This document shows, piece after piece, positions 10,168 to 18,732 of a stretch of 64,000 nt of DNA. The notes under the pieces are model-generated. The model was not told where the DNA came from and ran no database searches. It worked only from the letters and a program-made list of their open reading frames with translations. The stretch is from positions 96,001 to 160,000 of IMG/VR virus record IMGVR_UViG_3300044719_000048. The stretch is one strand, 5' to 3'. Position 1 is the first letter of the stretch; each line of letters begins with the position of its first letter. This DNA is from a virus. Taxonomy: Duplodnaviria > Caudoviricetes. A program made the position numbers and the translations under genes.

Positions 10168-10965
10168 TCAGGCTAATGCACAGATGGTGTGCATCTGAAT
10201 AGACAGACGCAGATTGTTTTTCAGCGCGTACGCGGCTGCGTAGCGGTAGTTGGCGGCCGTCTGCTCCTGATCGACGAGCTCAGCGTCCCATATGCTGGAG
10301 ACTTCGCCTTCATAGGGCTTCCGGTAGACGGTCATTGGCGAAACCATCACGATCTTGTGACTGCGCAGCGCCCACTCAGGAATCGTGTGATGCGCCGACT
10401 CCGGATCGGCAGAGATCACGAACTTGTATGCGTGCGCCCACCACTGGACCTTCTCAGGCACTTGCGGGTACTTCTTGAGTCGCTCGTTCGCCTTTGGGCT
10501 GACGATGAACTCCAGTCGGTCGTCGCCAATCAAGCCCATGTGCTCGGCCTGCTCGAAGAACTTCGGCTGCGTGCCGTTCGTTTCCACTTGGATAGCAGAG
10601 AAATGGCACAGGGCTTTGGTGATCAGCGCCAGTACATTGGCTTGCAGCGTGGGCTCTCCGCCAGTGATGACCAAGATGTCTGAGGGGGAGTAGCCCTTGA
10701 CCCGCAGCAGGACCTCGAGCACGGTGTCGATGTTCAGAATCGAGGCCTTATCGAATTGGAACGACGTGTCGCAAAACAAGCAGTGGTCGGTCTTCGATCC
10801 GTAGTTGCATCCCGCGAGACGAAGGAAGACCGCGGGCTGTCCGGCCCGTGTTCCTTCTCCTTGCAGCGTACGGAACCAAGATGTCACGCGTAATCGATTG
10901 TCCATGAAGCGGTAGTCACGGGCACTGATATTGCGGTCTTGGTTTTGAACTTGGATGGGTATCAT
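10168..10965 (-). CDS. queE: 7-carboxy-7-deazaguanine synthase (radical SAM)
   Basis: [20 protein letters not shown]8CX2C + DT, ITGGEP, ETNG, SPK, LSIQMH; likely start MIPIQ. Confidence 0.92.
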   Translation of the reverse strand: MIPIQVQNQDRNISARDYRFMDNRLRVTSWFRTLQGEGTRAGQPAVFLRLAGCNYGSKTDHCLFCDTSFQFDKASILNIDTVLEVLLRVKGYSPSDILVITGGEPTLQANVLALITKALCHFSAIQVETNGTQPKFFEQAEHMGLIGDDRLEFIVSPKANERLKKYPQVPEKVQWWAHAYKFVISADPESAHHTIPEWALRSHKIVMVSPMTVYRKPYEGEVSSIWDAELVDQEQTAANYRYAAAYALKNNLRLSIQMHTICALA

Positions 10966-11393
10966 GGCGCTTTCACCTTCGAGTTGAAGACCCGGTCGTT
11001 GTAGCACAACCGGGATTGCATACGAATGAAGGACTTGGGGAGCCCTTCCTCTACGTTATTTACGTAGTAGTCGTACAGCTGCTTCGTCGTCGGAATGTTG
11101 TTGTACTTGGGGATCTCTACTGAGACCTCGTTCGGCATCAGCGACTTCGGATCCGGCATACTAGTGCGCGTCCAGATGCCGGAGCCTTTTGTGTAATGCC
11201 ATCCGAGGATAGGCACACCTGCCGCGTGCAGATATGCCAGTCCGGAGACCACAACGAGAAATTTGTGCTTGCGCTTTGCTTTCTCGATGTTGTGGACTCC
11301 GATTGCGAGGTCGACGTTGCCCGAAGCCCATTTGCGGAACTCCGGTGACAGCGATGGATACCCGTAGACGTTCTTTGCTTTGAGTACCCTCAT
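10962..11393 (-). CDS. Hypothetical protein inside the deazaguanine operon
   Basis: 143-aa ORF with 4-bp overlaps on both sides. Confidence 0.7.
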   Translation of the reverse strand: MRVLKAKNVYGYPSLSPEFRKWASGNVDLAIGVHNIEKAKRKHKFLVVVSGLAYLHAAGVPILGWHYTKGSGIWTRTSMPDPKSLMPNEVSVEIPKYNNIPTTKQLYDYYVNNVEEGLPKSFIRMQSRLCYNDRVFNSKVKAP

Positions 11394-12832
11394 TTCTTCC
11401 CTTTCTTGGTTGACATGCCGTGGAATTCCTCATAGCGCATGATGGCCTTCGTCACGTTGGCCTCGGCCTTCTTGTGCTGCTCGTTGACCTTCTGCGCCGC
11501 AGTGAATAAGCCCTTGTCCTCCTTGTTCTTCCGCATGAACTCTTTCAAGGCTGGGCCGTGCTTGGTCCACGCCCTGTCGAAGCCCTTGTCCATGTCGCAA
11601 ACGAAAGCAAAAAGCATGCGGTAGAGAGGCCACAGGGCCTTGCGCGGCTGAATGGTCAGCAGCAACTCGTCCAGAGGCAGCTTGCCATTCAAATACATCT
11701 TGGTCATAGACGCAATGATCTCGGCCAATCGACGTTGCACGAACAGCGTATGGATTGCGTTGGCGTCCTGCGACATACGATAGACTTGTGCATCGCCAGC
11801 CAGATTGCAGACCGGGCAGTTGCACGCCAGCCCGAACGGAGCGGCGAGGGTCTCCAACGGACCTGCCGATACTTGGTCCTTGCGGCTGATGATCGTGCCC
11901 CTTGTCCAGAACGACAGGCTTGCCTGACTGTACGTCGAGGAGTCCGCAGTGATGAACGGCGCCGTCTCGTTCAAGGTCAGAATGTTGTAGAGCGCGATGT
12001 GCAGCGGGCTCATCGTCCCCAGAATGTGGAACCGATCATATACACCCTTGGAGCGGCACAACACATAGCACATGTTGATGACCGAGGCCGTTACCGAAGT
12101 CAACTGGTTGTCGTAGTTTGCTTGACCGATACCGCCCATAGACAGGCCGGAGCCCACCTTGTGCTTCAGCACGTAGTCGAGGAACTTGGCGCGATTCTCC
12201 AGTGTCAACCCGTGCGACACATCGTAGAGCTCGCAACCACTTCCCTTGATCTTCTTCGAGATGTACTCGTTGTTCTTCAGCATGACCTTGCACATGCGGA
12301 GGAACCAGTCGGTGCCCTGAAGGTGGCGAGGAACCGGAATGTCCATGCCGATGCCTATGTTTATCTTCTTCGCGTAGAAGTGCGAGACCTCATCGAGGTC
12401 CATGAACTCGGTCACGCCCTTCGACAGCTGGAAGCCACCTGAGTCAGACACCACATGGACCTTACCGTTGCGCCGCACGTAATCCGAAGTGGCCAGACGT
12501 TCCGGCGTGACCATCATCATGTTGTACCCGGCTTCGAGCATGAACTCAGGGGCTGTAAGCGGCGACAGATGCGTGGCCCGGTCGAACTCGAAGTCAGGAA
12601 TACCGAAGGTAGCACCGTTGCCGCGACCCACGAACACTGTCTTATCCTTGAGGTAGATCGTGTGCAGACCCTTCACTCTCTCGGACGTGTAAGGCTTCTT
12701 GGGTGTGCCGTAACGTACTCCGAGGAAGCTGTTCAGCGCCATCGAGTTGACGGCGGCCGGCATCAGAGATACGCGAGGGTTGACCGACTCTTTGTTCAGC
12801 AGCTTGTCGAGTGGAAGGCAGTCAGGTTTCAA
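11390..12832 (-). CDS. TGT-superfamily transglycosylase, probably DpdA-like (DNA 7-deazaguanine insertion)
   Basis: SDSGGFQ, MDIP, MGG, HILG, ADSST (nucleophile Asp), CNCPVC...H zinc site; preQ0 gene context. Confidence 0.85.
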   Translation of the reverse strand: MKPDCLPLDKLLNKESVNPRVSLMPAAVNSMALNSFLGVRYGTPKKPYTSERVKGLHTIYLKDKTVFVGRGNGATFGIPDFEFDRATHLSPLTAPEFMLEAGYNMMMVTPERLATSDYVRRNGKVHVVSDSGGFQLSKGVTEFMDLDEVSHFYAKKINIGIGMDIPVPRHLQGTDWFLRMCKVMLKNNEYISKKIKGSGCELYDVSHGLTLENRAKFLDYVLKHKVGSGLSMGGIGQANYDNQLTSVTASVINMCYVLCRSKGVYDRFHILGTMSPLHIALYNILTLNETAPFITADSSTYSQASLSFWTRGTIISRKDQVSAGPLETLAAPFGLACNCPVCNLAGDAQVYRMSQDANAIHTLFVQRRLAEIIASMTKMYLNGKLPLDELLLTIQPRKALWPLYRMLFAFVCDMDKGFDRAWTKHGPALKEFMRKNKEDKGLFTAAQKVNEQHKKAEANVTKAIMRYEEFHGMSTKKGKK

Positions 12833-13592
12833 AGTCAGCCTCGTTCGATGTGATGTAGTCGGGAGGCAAGGCCGGAAGGATCTCGCTCTTGCGATCTTCG
12901 TCGTAGTGGTCGCCGGACTTCATGGCGTTCACCAGCTCGCGTAGCTCTCTGGTCTGGAGTGGATCAACGTTGTATTGCTCTTGGGCGATGCCGAGCTGGC
13001 GGAAGATACCCCACCGGCGCAGGCAGACAACGCAGCGACCGCAGTTACCGGCCTCACCGGACAGGCAACTGCTGCTGTGCTTGATCTGCTGTTCCGTGAT
13101 GCCGTTCTTCAACGCCCACTCGACAGCGCGCAGCTTGTTCATTTTGGCTTCCGCCAGAGGAAAGCGAACCTGGACGTTCGACTTGAACGGAGCCAACACG
13201 TAACCGAGCGTCTCGTTCATGAGCTCTACGAACGCCCAGTTCTTGTCGGTGGCACTGTCGTGGGTTTCGCCTTGGAGTGCACCCATCCAGATTTGATCGG
13301 GCAGATACATGCAGGCAGCCGCAGTGGCCAACAGCATGTTGCGCCCCGGGATGTAGATGTTGCCGGAGGCCGACCCTTCTTTGGACTTCAGTTGGCCGTC
13401 GATGTCCACGTTCAGCCACGGCAGATCGCGCTGAATCACGTAATCAGGGAGAGCCGCGATCTCCTTGGCGGCATACTCCTGGCCGATGTTGTAGAACACG
13501 CAGGTAACGGTTGCGTCCGGGTAGTTGACCTCGGCGTAACGCTTCATGATGAGCGAGTCGAGGCCTCCGCTGTATAAGATGAGGATATTCAT
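12822..13592 (-). CDS. queC: 7-cyano-7-deazaguanine (preQ0) synthase
   Basis: LYSGGLDS PP-loop, GQ.Y...E, YIPGRN, SC...CGRCVVC. Confidence 0.93.
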   Translation of the reverse strand: MNILILYSGGLDSLIMKRYAEVNYPDATVTCVFYNIGQEYAAKEIAALPDYVIQRDLPWLNVDIDGQLKSKEGSASGNIYIPGRNMLLATAAACMYLPDQIWMGALQGETHDSATDKNWAFVELMNETLGYVLAPFKSNVQVRFPLAEAKMNKLRAVEWALKNGITEQQIKHSSSCLSGEAGNCGRCVVCLRRWGIFRQLGIAQEQYNVDPLQTRELRELVNAMKSGDHYDEDRKSEILPALPPDYITSNEADFET

Positions 13593-14126
13593 TTAGATTG
13601 GCTTGCTATTGTTAGAGGTTTGGTTCCTGAAAAGGCCGCGATCGCCTTCGACCACGTGATCGATTTCCTCGTGAGGGAAGACGATCCAGTCAGAAGTGGT
13701 CATACCTGCAATATTTACTCGACTGCGGATGGACTCATCCACGTTGTTATCGAGCACCGCAGGCACGAACTCGGCGCTTACGTGGCTCCCATAGTAGGCT
13801 GCGTGTGCCGTCAGAACCTTGGTCAGCGTGCGTCCCTGCGCCACCACGTCTTCCAGATAGACGAACACCGCTCGGTCATCGTTCGTCAGGTCATCCCACG
13901 TTGGGTGCTGCACTCGCATCGGGTGCGGCGAAGCCATAGGGAAGACCACTCCGAGAGGCAGTGCCATCTTGTAGGCTACGAGCTGGCCGAACGTCAGGCC
14001 GCCCCGGGCGATAGCGAACAGGAACAGCCTGTCGGCCTTGATCTGCTCGGCGTATTTCACTCGGAGTTGTTCAACCACGTGGTTGGCAACGTCCTTCAGT
14101 TGTTCGTAGGTGAGGTAGACTTTCAT
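13593..14126 (-). CDS. Type I phosphoribosyltransferase, Gpt/XGPRT-like
   Basis: AIARGGL, PRPP loop YLEDVVAQGRT, WIVFPHE. Confidence 0.85.
   Translation of the reverse strand: MKVYLTYEQLKDVANHVVEQLRVKYAEQIKADRLFLFAIARGGLTFGQLVAYKMALPLGVVFPMASPHPMRVQHPTWDDLTNDDRAVFVYLEDVVAQGRTLTKVLTAHAAYYGSHVSAEFVPAVLDNNVDESIRSRVNIAGMTTSDWIVFPHEEIDHVVEGDRGLFRNQTSNNSKPI
13712..13719 (-). promoter_or_regulatory. AGTAAATA motif, internal, about 120 bp before queC
   Basis: Exact octamer, co-oriented. Confidence 0.4.
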
Positions 14127-14989
14127 AGTGGGTACGTGACATTCAATCCGAAGTTGGCGGCCGGCGTGTTGTAGCTTTCCACCCAGCGCACGATCTCGTT
14201 GTAGTTCGCGAACATTGTCTCATAACCGGCCGCACTGAATTCCTTGGGGTGCTTAATCGCGAGCTCCTGCACCTTCAAGGCCTTGCACAGCGCATTCAGA
14301 GTAGCCGAATCGGACAGCTTGTCGGTCTCGACGTGAATGACGTTCGGCAAGGCGTGCACCAATCGTTTGTGAACATCGAGACGACGAAGCATACGGCGTG
14401 CGTAGTCTTCTGGCATCGCCAGCTTAGTGGTCTTGCGTGCTTCCTCCTGTTCCGGGCATGGAGCGAAGATGCCAGTGTAGTCGCAGGCAAAGTTGCTGCA
14501 CAGCCACTTGACCAGGTCCGAAGGCATGAGGTTGATGGTCACGTCGAAGCCTTTCAGCACGGCATCCATCCACAGGTCGTTGGGAGCTTCCACGTCGCCC
14601 ATGAGCGTGACGATTTGGGTCTTCACCACATAGCTGAACTCGCGGTATCGGTTCAGCAGCGTCCTCAGGTAGTAGATGTGCTGATCAGTCAACACTTCCT
14701 CGTAGTGGCATTCCACGTAGCACATGGAGTGGTGCCGCGCCACGGGCAGGAAGGAAGAACCGCTGAAGTCCTTGAAGTGCGGATGCGTGCGGAACAGGAT
14801 GGCGTGCTCTGGATCGAACGGCTTCACAGCTTCGTACCCGAACTTGTATCCGTGGAACGACCATCCGTGGAAGTACTCACCCAAGTGCTTCTCGCTGCCA
14901 ATGGTCAGCGTGCGGCCCAAGGCCGTGTTTATCGCGTCTTGCAGGGACTTGCTTCCCGTACGCTGCATGCTCAGGATATGGACCTTCAT
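14123..14989 (-). CDS. Putative PAPS-dependent sulfotransferase (Stf0-like)
   Basis: N-terminal ILSMQRTGSKSL 5'-PSB loop followed by GEYF; C-terminal YETMFANYNEI resembles the Stf0-like tail; start MKVHIL follows the APS-kinase stop. Confidence 0.7.
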   Translation of the reverse strand: MKVHILSMQRTGSKSLQDAINTALGRTLTIGSEKHLGEYFHGWSFHGYKFGYEAVKPFDPEHAILFRTHPHFKDFSGSSFLPVARHHSMCYVECHYEEVLTDQHIYYLRTLLNRYREFSYVVKTQIVTLMGDVEAPNDLWMDAVLKGFDVTINLMPSDLVKWLCSNFACDYTGIFAPCPEQEEARKTTKLAMPEDYARRMLRRLDVHKRLVHALPNVIHVETDKLSDSATLNALCKALKVQELAIKHPKEFSAAGYETMFANYNEIVRWVESYNTPAANFGLNVTYPL

Positions 14990-14990
14990 G

Positions 14991-15668
14991 TCAGAACTCC
15001 AGAATGAATTTGTTTCCGTCCCACGACGGGAAGCCTTTGGCACAGACGTTGTACTTCTCGACGCAGTACTCTACCGTCATCGAAGGCGTCATGTGGCCTC
15101 GGATGTCGAACGAAGAGGCCAGCCGTTCTTCTCTAGTAGCGGCGTCGATGATGCGCCACTTGAGGTCCGAACCATTGTGCAGAGTGTTGAACCGAATGTG
15201 GTAGGTCCTCATCTGATCGGTGACGGCCTGGACAACGATTTTGGCGGCTTCCTCAAAACGCGGTTCGTCCAGATACTTGTTGAACTGCAGATCGGGAGTA
15301 CCGACGTACGGCTGGAACAGCTTGTTGGTGTCCTCGAAACGGCCTTCCTGAATGGTATTCATGAACACCGTGAAGACCTTGTTCTCTCCGTCGGCCTCTG
15401 CCGCACTGAAGTAGGCAACGCGAGTGTCGTTCGTCGGATTCACGAAGTCCACGACTGTCCACTGATTCTTGACAGTCAGCGCTGCGATATGTCCCAGTGC
15501 GTAAGCCTGCTTGATGCGGTCCACTTCCGTGAAGCCCAGATGGGAAGTCACCGTGGACCGCGCCCAGTCGGCGTTGATGTGTACAGCGTTCAGAAGTGCG
15601 GCCACCTTGCGAGCCAGCGTGGTCTTGCCCGAACCCGGAAGGCCGATGATAGTGATGATCTTACGCAT
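14991..15668 (-). CDS. cysC: Adenylyl-sulfate (APS) kinase-like protein with C-terminal extension
   Basis: IGLPGSGKTTLA, NAD..R, LGFTEVDR..Q, VDFVNP, GRFEDTNKLF. Confidence 0.8.
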   Translation of the reverse strand: MRKIITIIGLPGSGKTTLARKVAALLNAVHINADWARSTVTSHLGFTEVDRIKQAYALGHIAALTVKNQWTVVDFVNPTNDTRVAYFSAAEADGENKVFTVFMNTIQEGRFEDTNKLFQPYVGTPDLQFNKYLDEPRFEEAAKIVVQAVTDQMRTYHIRFNTLHNGSDLKWRIIDAATREERLASSFDIRGHMTPSMTVEYCVEKYNVCAKGFPSWDGNKFILEF

Positions 15669-16118
15669 TTATGCTCCCATGTAGATTGCGCTGTTAGATT
15701 CGTGCTCGGAGACTTCAACCGACACGAGCGTGACGCGGTCTCCGTAACCGGCGTCCTTCAACCACTGCTCAGCCACCTGGTAGGTGTACTCGGCGAATTT
15801 CTCGCACCCGCCTGCAGGAAGTTCTACCAACCGCAGGACGCCTAGGCGATGACCTTCACGGAACCACTCGATCTGCGGGTCGTCGGAAGCCACGATGGTA
15901 GTGTGATCGAACGTATCGGCCAGAATCTGCTTGAGGGACTTGACGCCGCCGAAGTCGACCACCCAGTTGCGCGCGTCCAAATCCTCTGCCGAAAACACGA
16001 ACCTGAAAGCCAACGCGTATCCGTGCAGAAGACGGCAGTGCGAGTCAGCCCGCCACTGGCGGAAGGCGCAACTGAAACCAGTGGAATGCGGGTAGTGTTT
16101 TGTGCTCTGATAGGACAT
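15669..16118 (-). CDS. queD: 6-carboxy-5,6,7,8-tetrahydropterin synthase
   Basis: FRQWRADSHCRLLHGY, WVVDFGG.K, FDHT, GCEKFA, EHESNSAIY. Confidence 0.93.
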   Translation of the reverse strand: MSYQSTKHYPHSTGFSCAFRQWRADSHCRLLHGYALAFRFVFSAEDLDARNWVVDFGGVKSLKQILADTFDHTTIVASDDPQIEWFREGHRLGVLRLVELPAGGCEKFAEYTYQVAEQWLKDAGYGDRVTLVSVEVSEHESNSAIYMGA

Positions 16119-16137
16119 GTCGATCTCCGGTGTAGAC

Positions 16138-16173
16138 AAAAAAGTGCCCGGCAGATCGATTCAATCTACCGGG
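16138..16173 (-). terminator. Hairpin plus U6 in the queD leader (terminator or attenuator)
   Basis: CCCGGTAGAT/ATCTGCCGGG stem followed by CACTTTTTT. Confidence 0.6.
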
Positions 16174-16184
16174 TAATCACGTCT

Positions 16185-16192
16185 TATTTACT
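16185..16192 (-). promoter_or_regulatory. AGTAAATA putative phage promoter upstream of queD
   Basis: Exact octamer, co-oriented. Confidence 0.6.
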
Positions 16193-16478
16193 AGTTGTTC
16201 AGCGCCTTCTTGAGCACTCGATCGGCATCGCGTTTGCGGGCCCTGCAATCGGCATAAGGCGTCACGACCTGCTGAATGAACGCCAGAACGTCGGCTTCGG
16301 TGTAGGCTCGGTTCTCCATCTTGGGTAGCGGATCGCAATCGCGCAGCGTCTCTTTCGGAATATCGACCTTGGTCTGCTTGGGGACCAGCACTACGTCCTC
16401 CAAAGGTTTCTGTTTTGGCGAGTCGTGTGCGCAGCCGGCCAGCAACACAGCTGCGGCAATCATGATGTACTTGATCAT
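16191..16478 (-). CDS. Outer-membrane spanin (Rz1-like lipoprotein)
   Basis: Signal peptide with LLAGC lipobox; Pro-rich; two further Cys; follows the i-spanin candidate. Confidence 0.75.
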   Translation of the reverse strand: MIKYIMIAAAVLLAGCAHDSPKQKPLEDVVLVPKQTKVDIPKETLRDCDPLPKMENRAYTEADVLAFIQQVVTPYADCRARKRDADRVLKKALNN

Positions 16479-17023
16479 TTGTCCTCCGTCATGGTAGTGG
16501 TTGCCCCGCCAGCAGTGTCGCTGTGGACAGGGTTAGCAGGATCGCCGCTATCAAATGGAGCAGGTAAAGCAGCAGGGGTCTCATTGGGTTCCTCGTTCAC
16601 GTTCTCTATGAGGGCGTTGATAGCTTGCACGGTCTCGATGGACAGACCGCAGTGCTGCTGAATCTTCGGCTCTACGCTTGCGCGATAGTCCGAGATGATC
16701 TTGTCACGAGCGCGAATTTGTTGGTTCAGGTCCTTCACAGTCTCTACTGCCTGATTGGCTGCGTCCTTCTGGACGGCCTTGATCTTGTCGGCGACTGCTT
16801 TTCGTTCGGTGTTGACGAGCGCGGTCAACCCAGTCACGTTGTCTTTCAAGTGATCGACCTCTTCGTTACGGCTGGCGCGACCATCGGTAAAACCCTTCGT
16901 GTGCCCAGATGCGTAGCCGTCGGCGTGACCCCAGCTGTAGGCACCGAGACCAAGAGCAAACACTAGGGCGAGTAAGATCCATCCGGCGGACGACGAGAAA
17001 AATAGTTTGAGTGTTGAAAACAT
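16475..17023 (-). CDS. Inner-membrane spanin (Rz-like)
   Basis: N-terminal TM helix, coiled-coil region, one Cys, adjacent lipoprotein gene. Confidence 0.72.
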   Translation of the reverse strand: MFSTLKLFFSSSAGWILLALVFALGLGAYSWGHADGYASGHTKGFTDGRASRNEEVDHLKDNVTGLTALVNTERKAVADKIKAVQKDAANQAVETVKDLNQQIRARDKIISDYRASVEPKIQQHCGLSIETVQAINALIENVNEEPNETPAALPAPFDSGDPANPVHSDTAGGATTTMTEDK

Positions 17024-17033
17024 AGGCGGTTCC

Positions 17034-18047
17034 TTAGAAGTAGAGGCGTTTGATTTTTCGGATGATCCATTCGGGCATACAGCCGGGGTCCCACAATGTA
17101 ACGTCGGCCTTCTTCGCGGCCTTGGACGGGTACTCTTCGTGCTTGAACTGAATGTACGGTGATCCTTTCATGGACCACAGCTTGAGGACCTTCACCTTGA
17201 ACATAGATTCGACTCGAGGCTTAAGCAAGGCCGTTGCTTCCTTGCCAGCACAGTCGCCATCGAACAGTAGGATCAGGCGCTGTACACCAGCAAGTTCTAA
17301 GAGCTTGGCTTTGGTGTCGCTCCAGCTCTGCGTCCCCAAAATACAGAGCGCCGGTATGCCAGCAGCAATCAAGCGTAAGGCATCGCGCTGACCCTCAACT
17401 AAGACTATGGTCTTCGAGTCGAGCTCTCGCATCAGCTTGATGGAATAGTCAAACGGGAATAGCCCATGTGTCTTGGACCAAGGACCTTTGGCATTGATGT
17501 ACGAAGGAAAGTCAGGATGCTTGCGAAAGCGTGCCTTGATGTACCCGCGAAGCTCTCCGCTGATGTAGACCGGCAACCACAGACGAGGTTTCAGCAACCC
17601 GTATTCCTTGGATCGAATCCGACATACCTTTGCACCCAGGTCGATCAGCAAGTTGGTTTTGATGTCGCGCCACTTCTTGTTCTTTGGTAGGTCTGTGAGC
17701 TCCATAGGCTCGTTGACGAAGTCCTCATTGGCGTCCTCCGTAGGCTCGCCTGTTGGCAGCAGATTGAAGTTCGCGAATTCTTCGGACGGCTTCTCCCGCT
17801 TGAATGGCTTTAGACCAAGCAACGGGGCAACCTTATCCCAAGGACCTTTTCCGCCACAGCCGTAGCACTTGAGGAAGCCCGGACTCTTGGTAGTCTCCGA
17901 AACGAAGACGCGAGCGCTCGGCGTTCTCTCCGAATGGAACGGGCACAGTACGAAGACCGAACCGCTCTGTTCCTTCTTAGGTCCGGCGTATTGCTGGAGC
18001 TGGGTTCGTACGAAGTCCAGCTTTGATTGAGTCTCAACGTAGTCCAT
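17034..18047 (-). CDS. DNA primase (DnaG-type)
   Basis: CPFH.ERTPS...CYGC zinc finger; TOPRIM LVEGQRD and FDGD. Confidence 0.92.
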   Translation of the reverse strand: MDYVETQSKLDFVRTQLQQYAGPKKEQSGSVFVLCPFHSERTPSARVFVSETTKSPGFLKCYGCGGKGPWDKVAPLLGLKPFKREKPSEEFANFNLLPTGEPTEDANEDFVNEPMELTDLPKNKKWRDIKTNLLIDLGAKVCRIRSKEYGLLKPRLWLPVYISGELRGYIKARFRKHPDFPSYINAKGPWSKTHGLFPFDYSIKLMRELDSKTIVLVEGQRDALRLIAAGIPALCILGTQSWSDTKAKLLELAGVQRLILLFDGDCAGKEATALLKPRVESMFKVKVLKLWSMKGSPYIQFKHEEYPSKAAKKADVTLWDPGCMPEWIIRKIKRLYF

Positions 18048-18732
18048 GATCTATGGAAGGAAGTTCAGGGTCCTTGTAGAGGATGAGCTCTAAGGCATTG
18101 CACGCCTTCATAAGGCCCCATTTAGTGGAGTGCCTTTGAGTCAGCCTCCACCACTTGGAGCACAGGGCTAACGACGGAACGAACAGAGGTCGCTTCGTTA
18201 GCGTAGGCATAGCGTACACGGAGTAATTGAATGCCTTCATGGCCTGAAGCGTCTTCTTGTGGTCGAATGTACTCCACACGAGTTGAGCACTCCCCGAGTT
18301 CGAGTCCAAAAGGACCGACACGTAGAGAGGTTCGTTAGACGCCATTAGGTAGAAGGCACCGCTCACGGGATGGTCATCGACTCCCGTGTTCAGAATATTT
18401 ACCGTAGCGGCGTATGTAGCCGAGTCGAAGCGTTTCAGCAGCTGATGCAGCTTGTAGAGCTGCCGAGCATCTGCGTACTGCGCGTCCAACGTGGACAGTT
18501 CCTCAGCCAAATCGTGTCGAACGACCCAGCTGTCGGATAGAACGGTCATGCGTTTATATCGTTGGGGGATCAGGACCTCAACGGGCTCGGTGTCGAAGTA
18601 TTCGACGAAGCTGCCGTTGTACCGACCACTCACATGATGGCCGGATTTCTTGGAGAGAGTGGTCAGCTCTGGCAAAACCAGCTCAGCCACCGGCCTCTCT
18701 GATTGCAGGACAAGGGAACCTAAAATGGTCAT
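18034..18732 (-). CDS. Hypothetical protein
   Basis: Coupled ORF between polymerase and primase. Confidence 0.65.
   Translation of the reverse strand: MTILGSLVLQSERPVAELVLPELTTLSKKSGHHVSGRYNGSFVEYFDTEPVEVLIPQRYKRMTVLSDSWVVRHDLAEELSTLDAQYADARQLYKLHQLLKRFDSATYAATVNILNTGVDDHPVSGAFYLMASNEPLYVSVLLDSNSGSAQLVWSTFDHKKTLQAMKAFNYSVYAMPTLTKRPLFVPSLALCSKWWRLTQRHSTKWGLMKACNALELILYKDPELPSIDHGLR

Noticed and set aside
14724-15845. 373-aa plus-strand ORF and similar long antisense ORFs (7595-8491, 11558-12442, 25825-26784)
   Set aside because: Antisense to well-supported genes in GC-rich DNA, with no motifs or RBS
16118-16192. Canonical preQ1 riboswitch upstream of queD
   Set aside because: No match to the class I stem-loop plus A-rich tail that I can recognise
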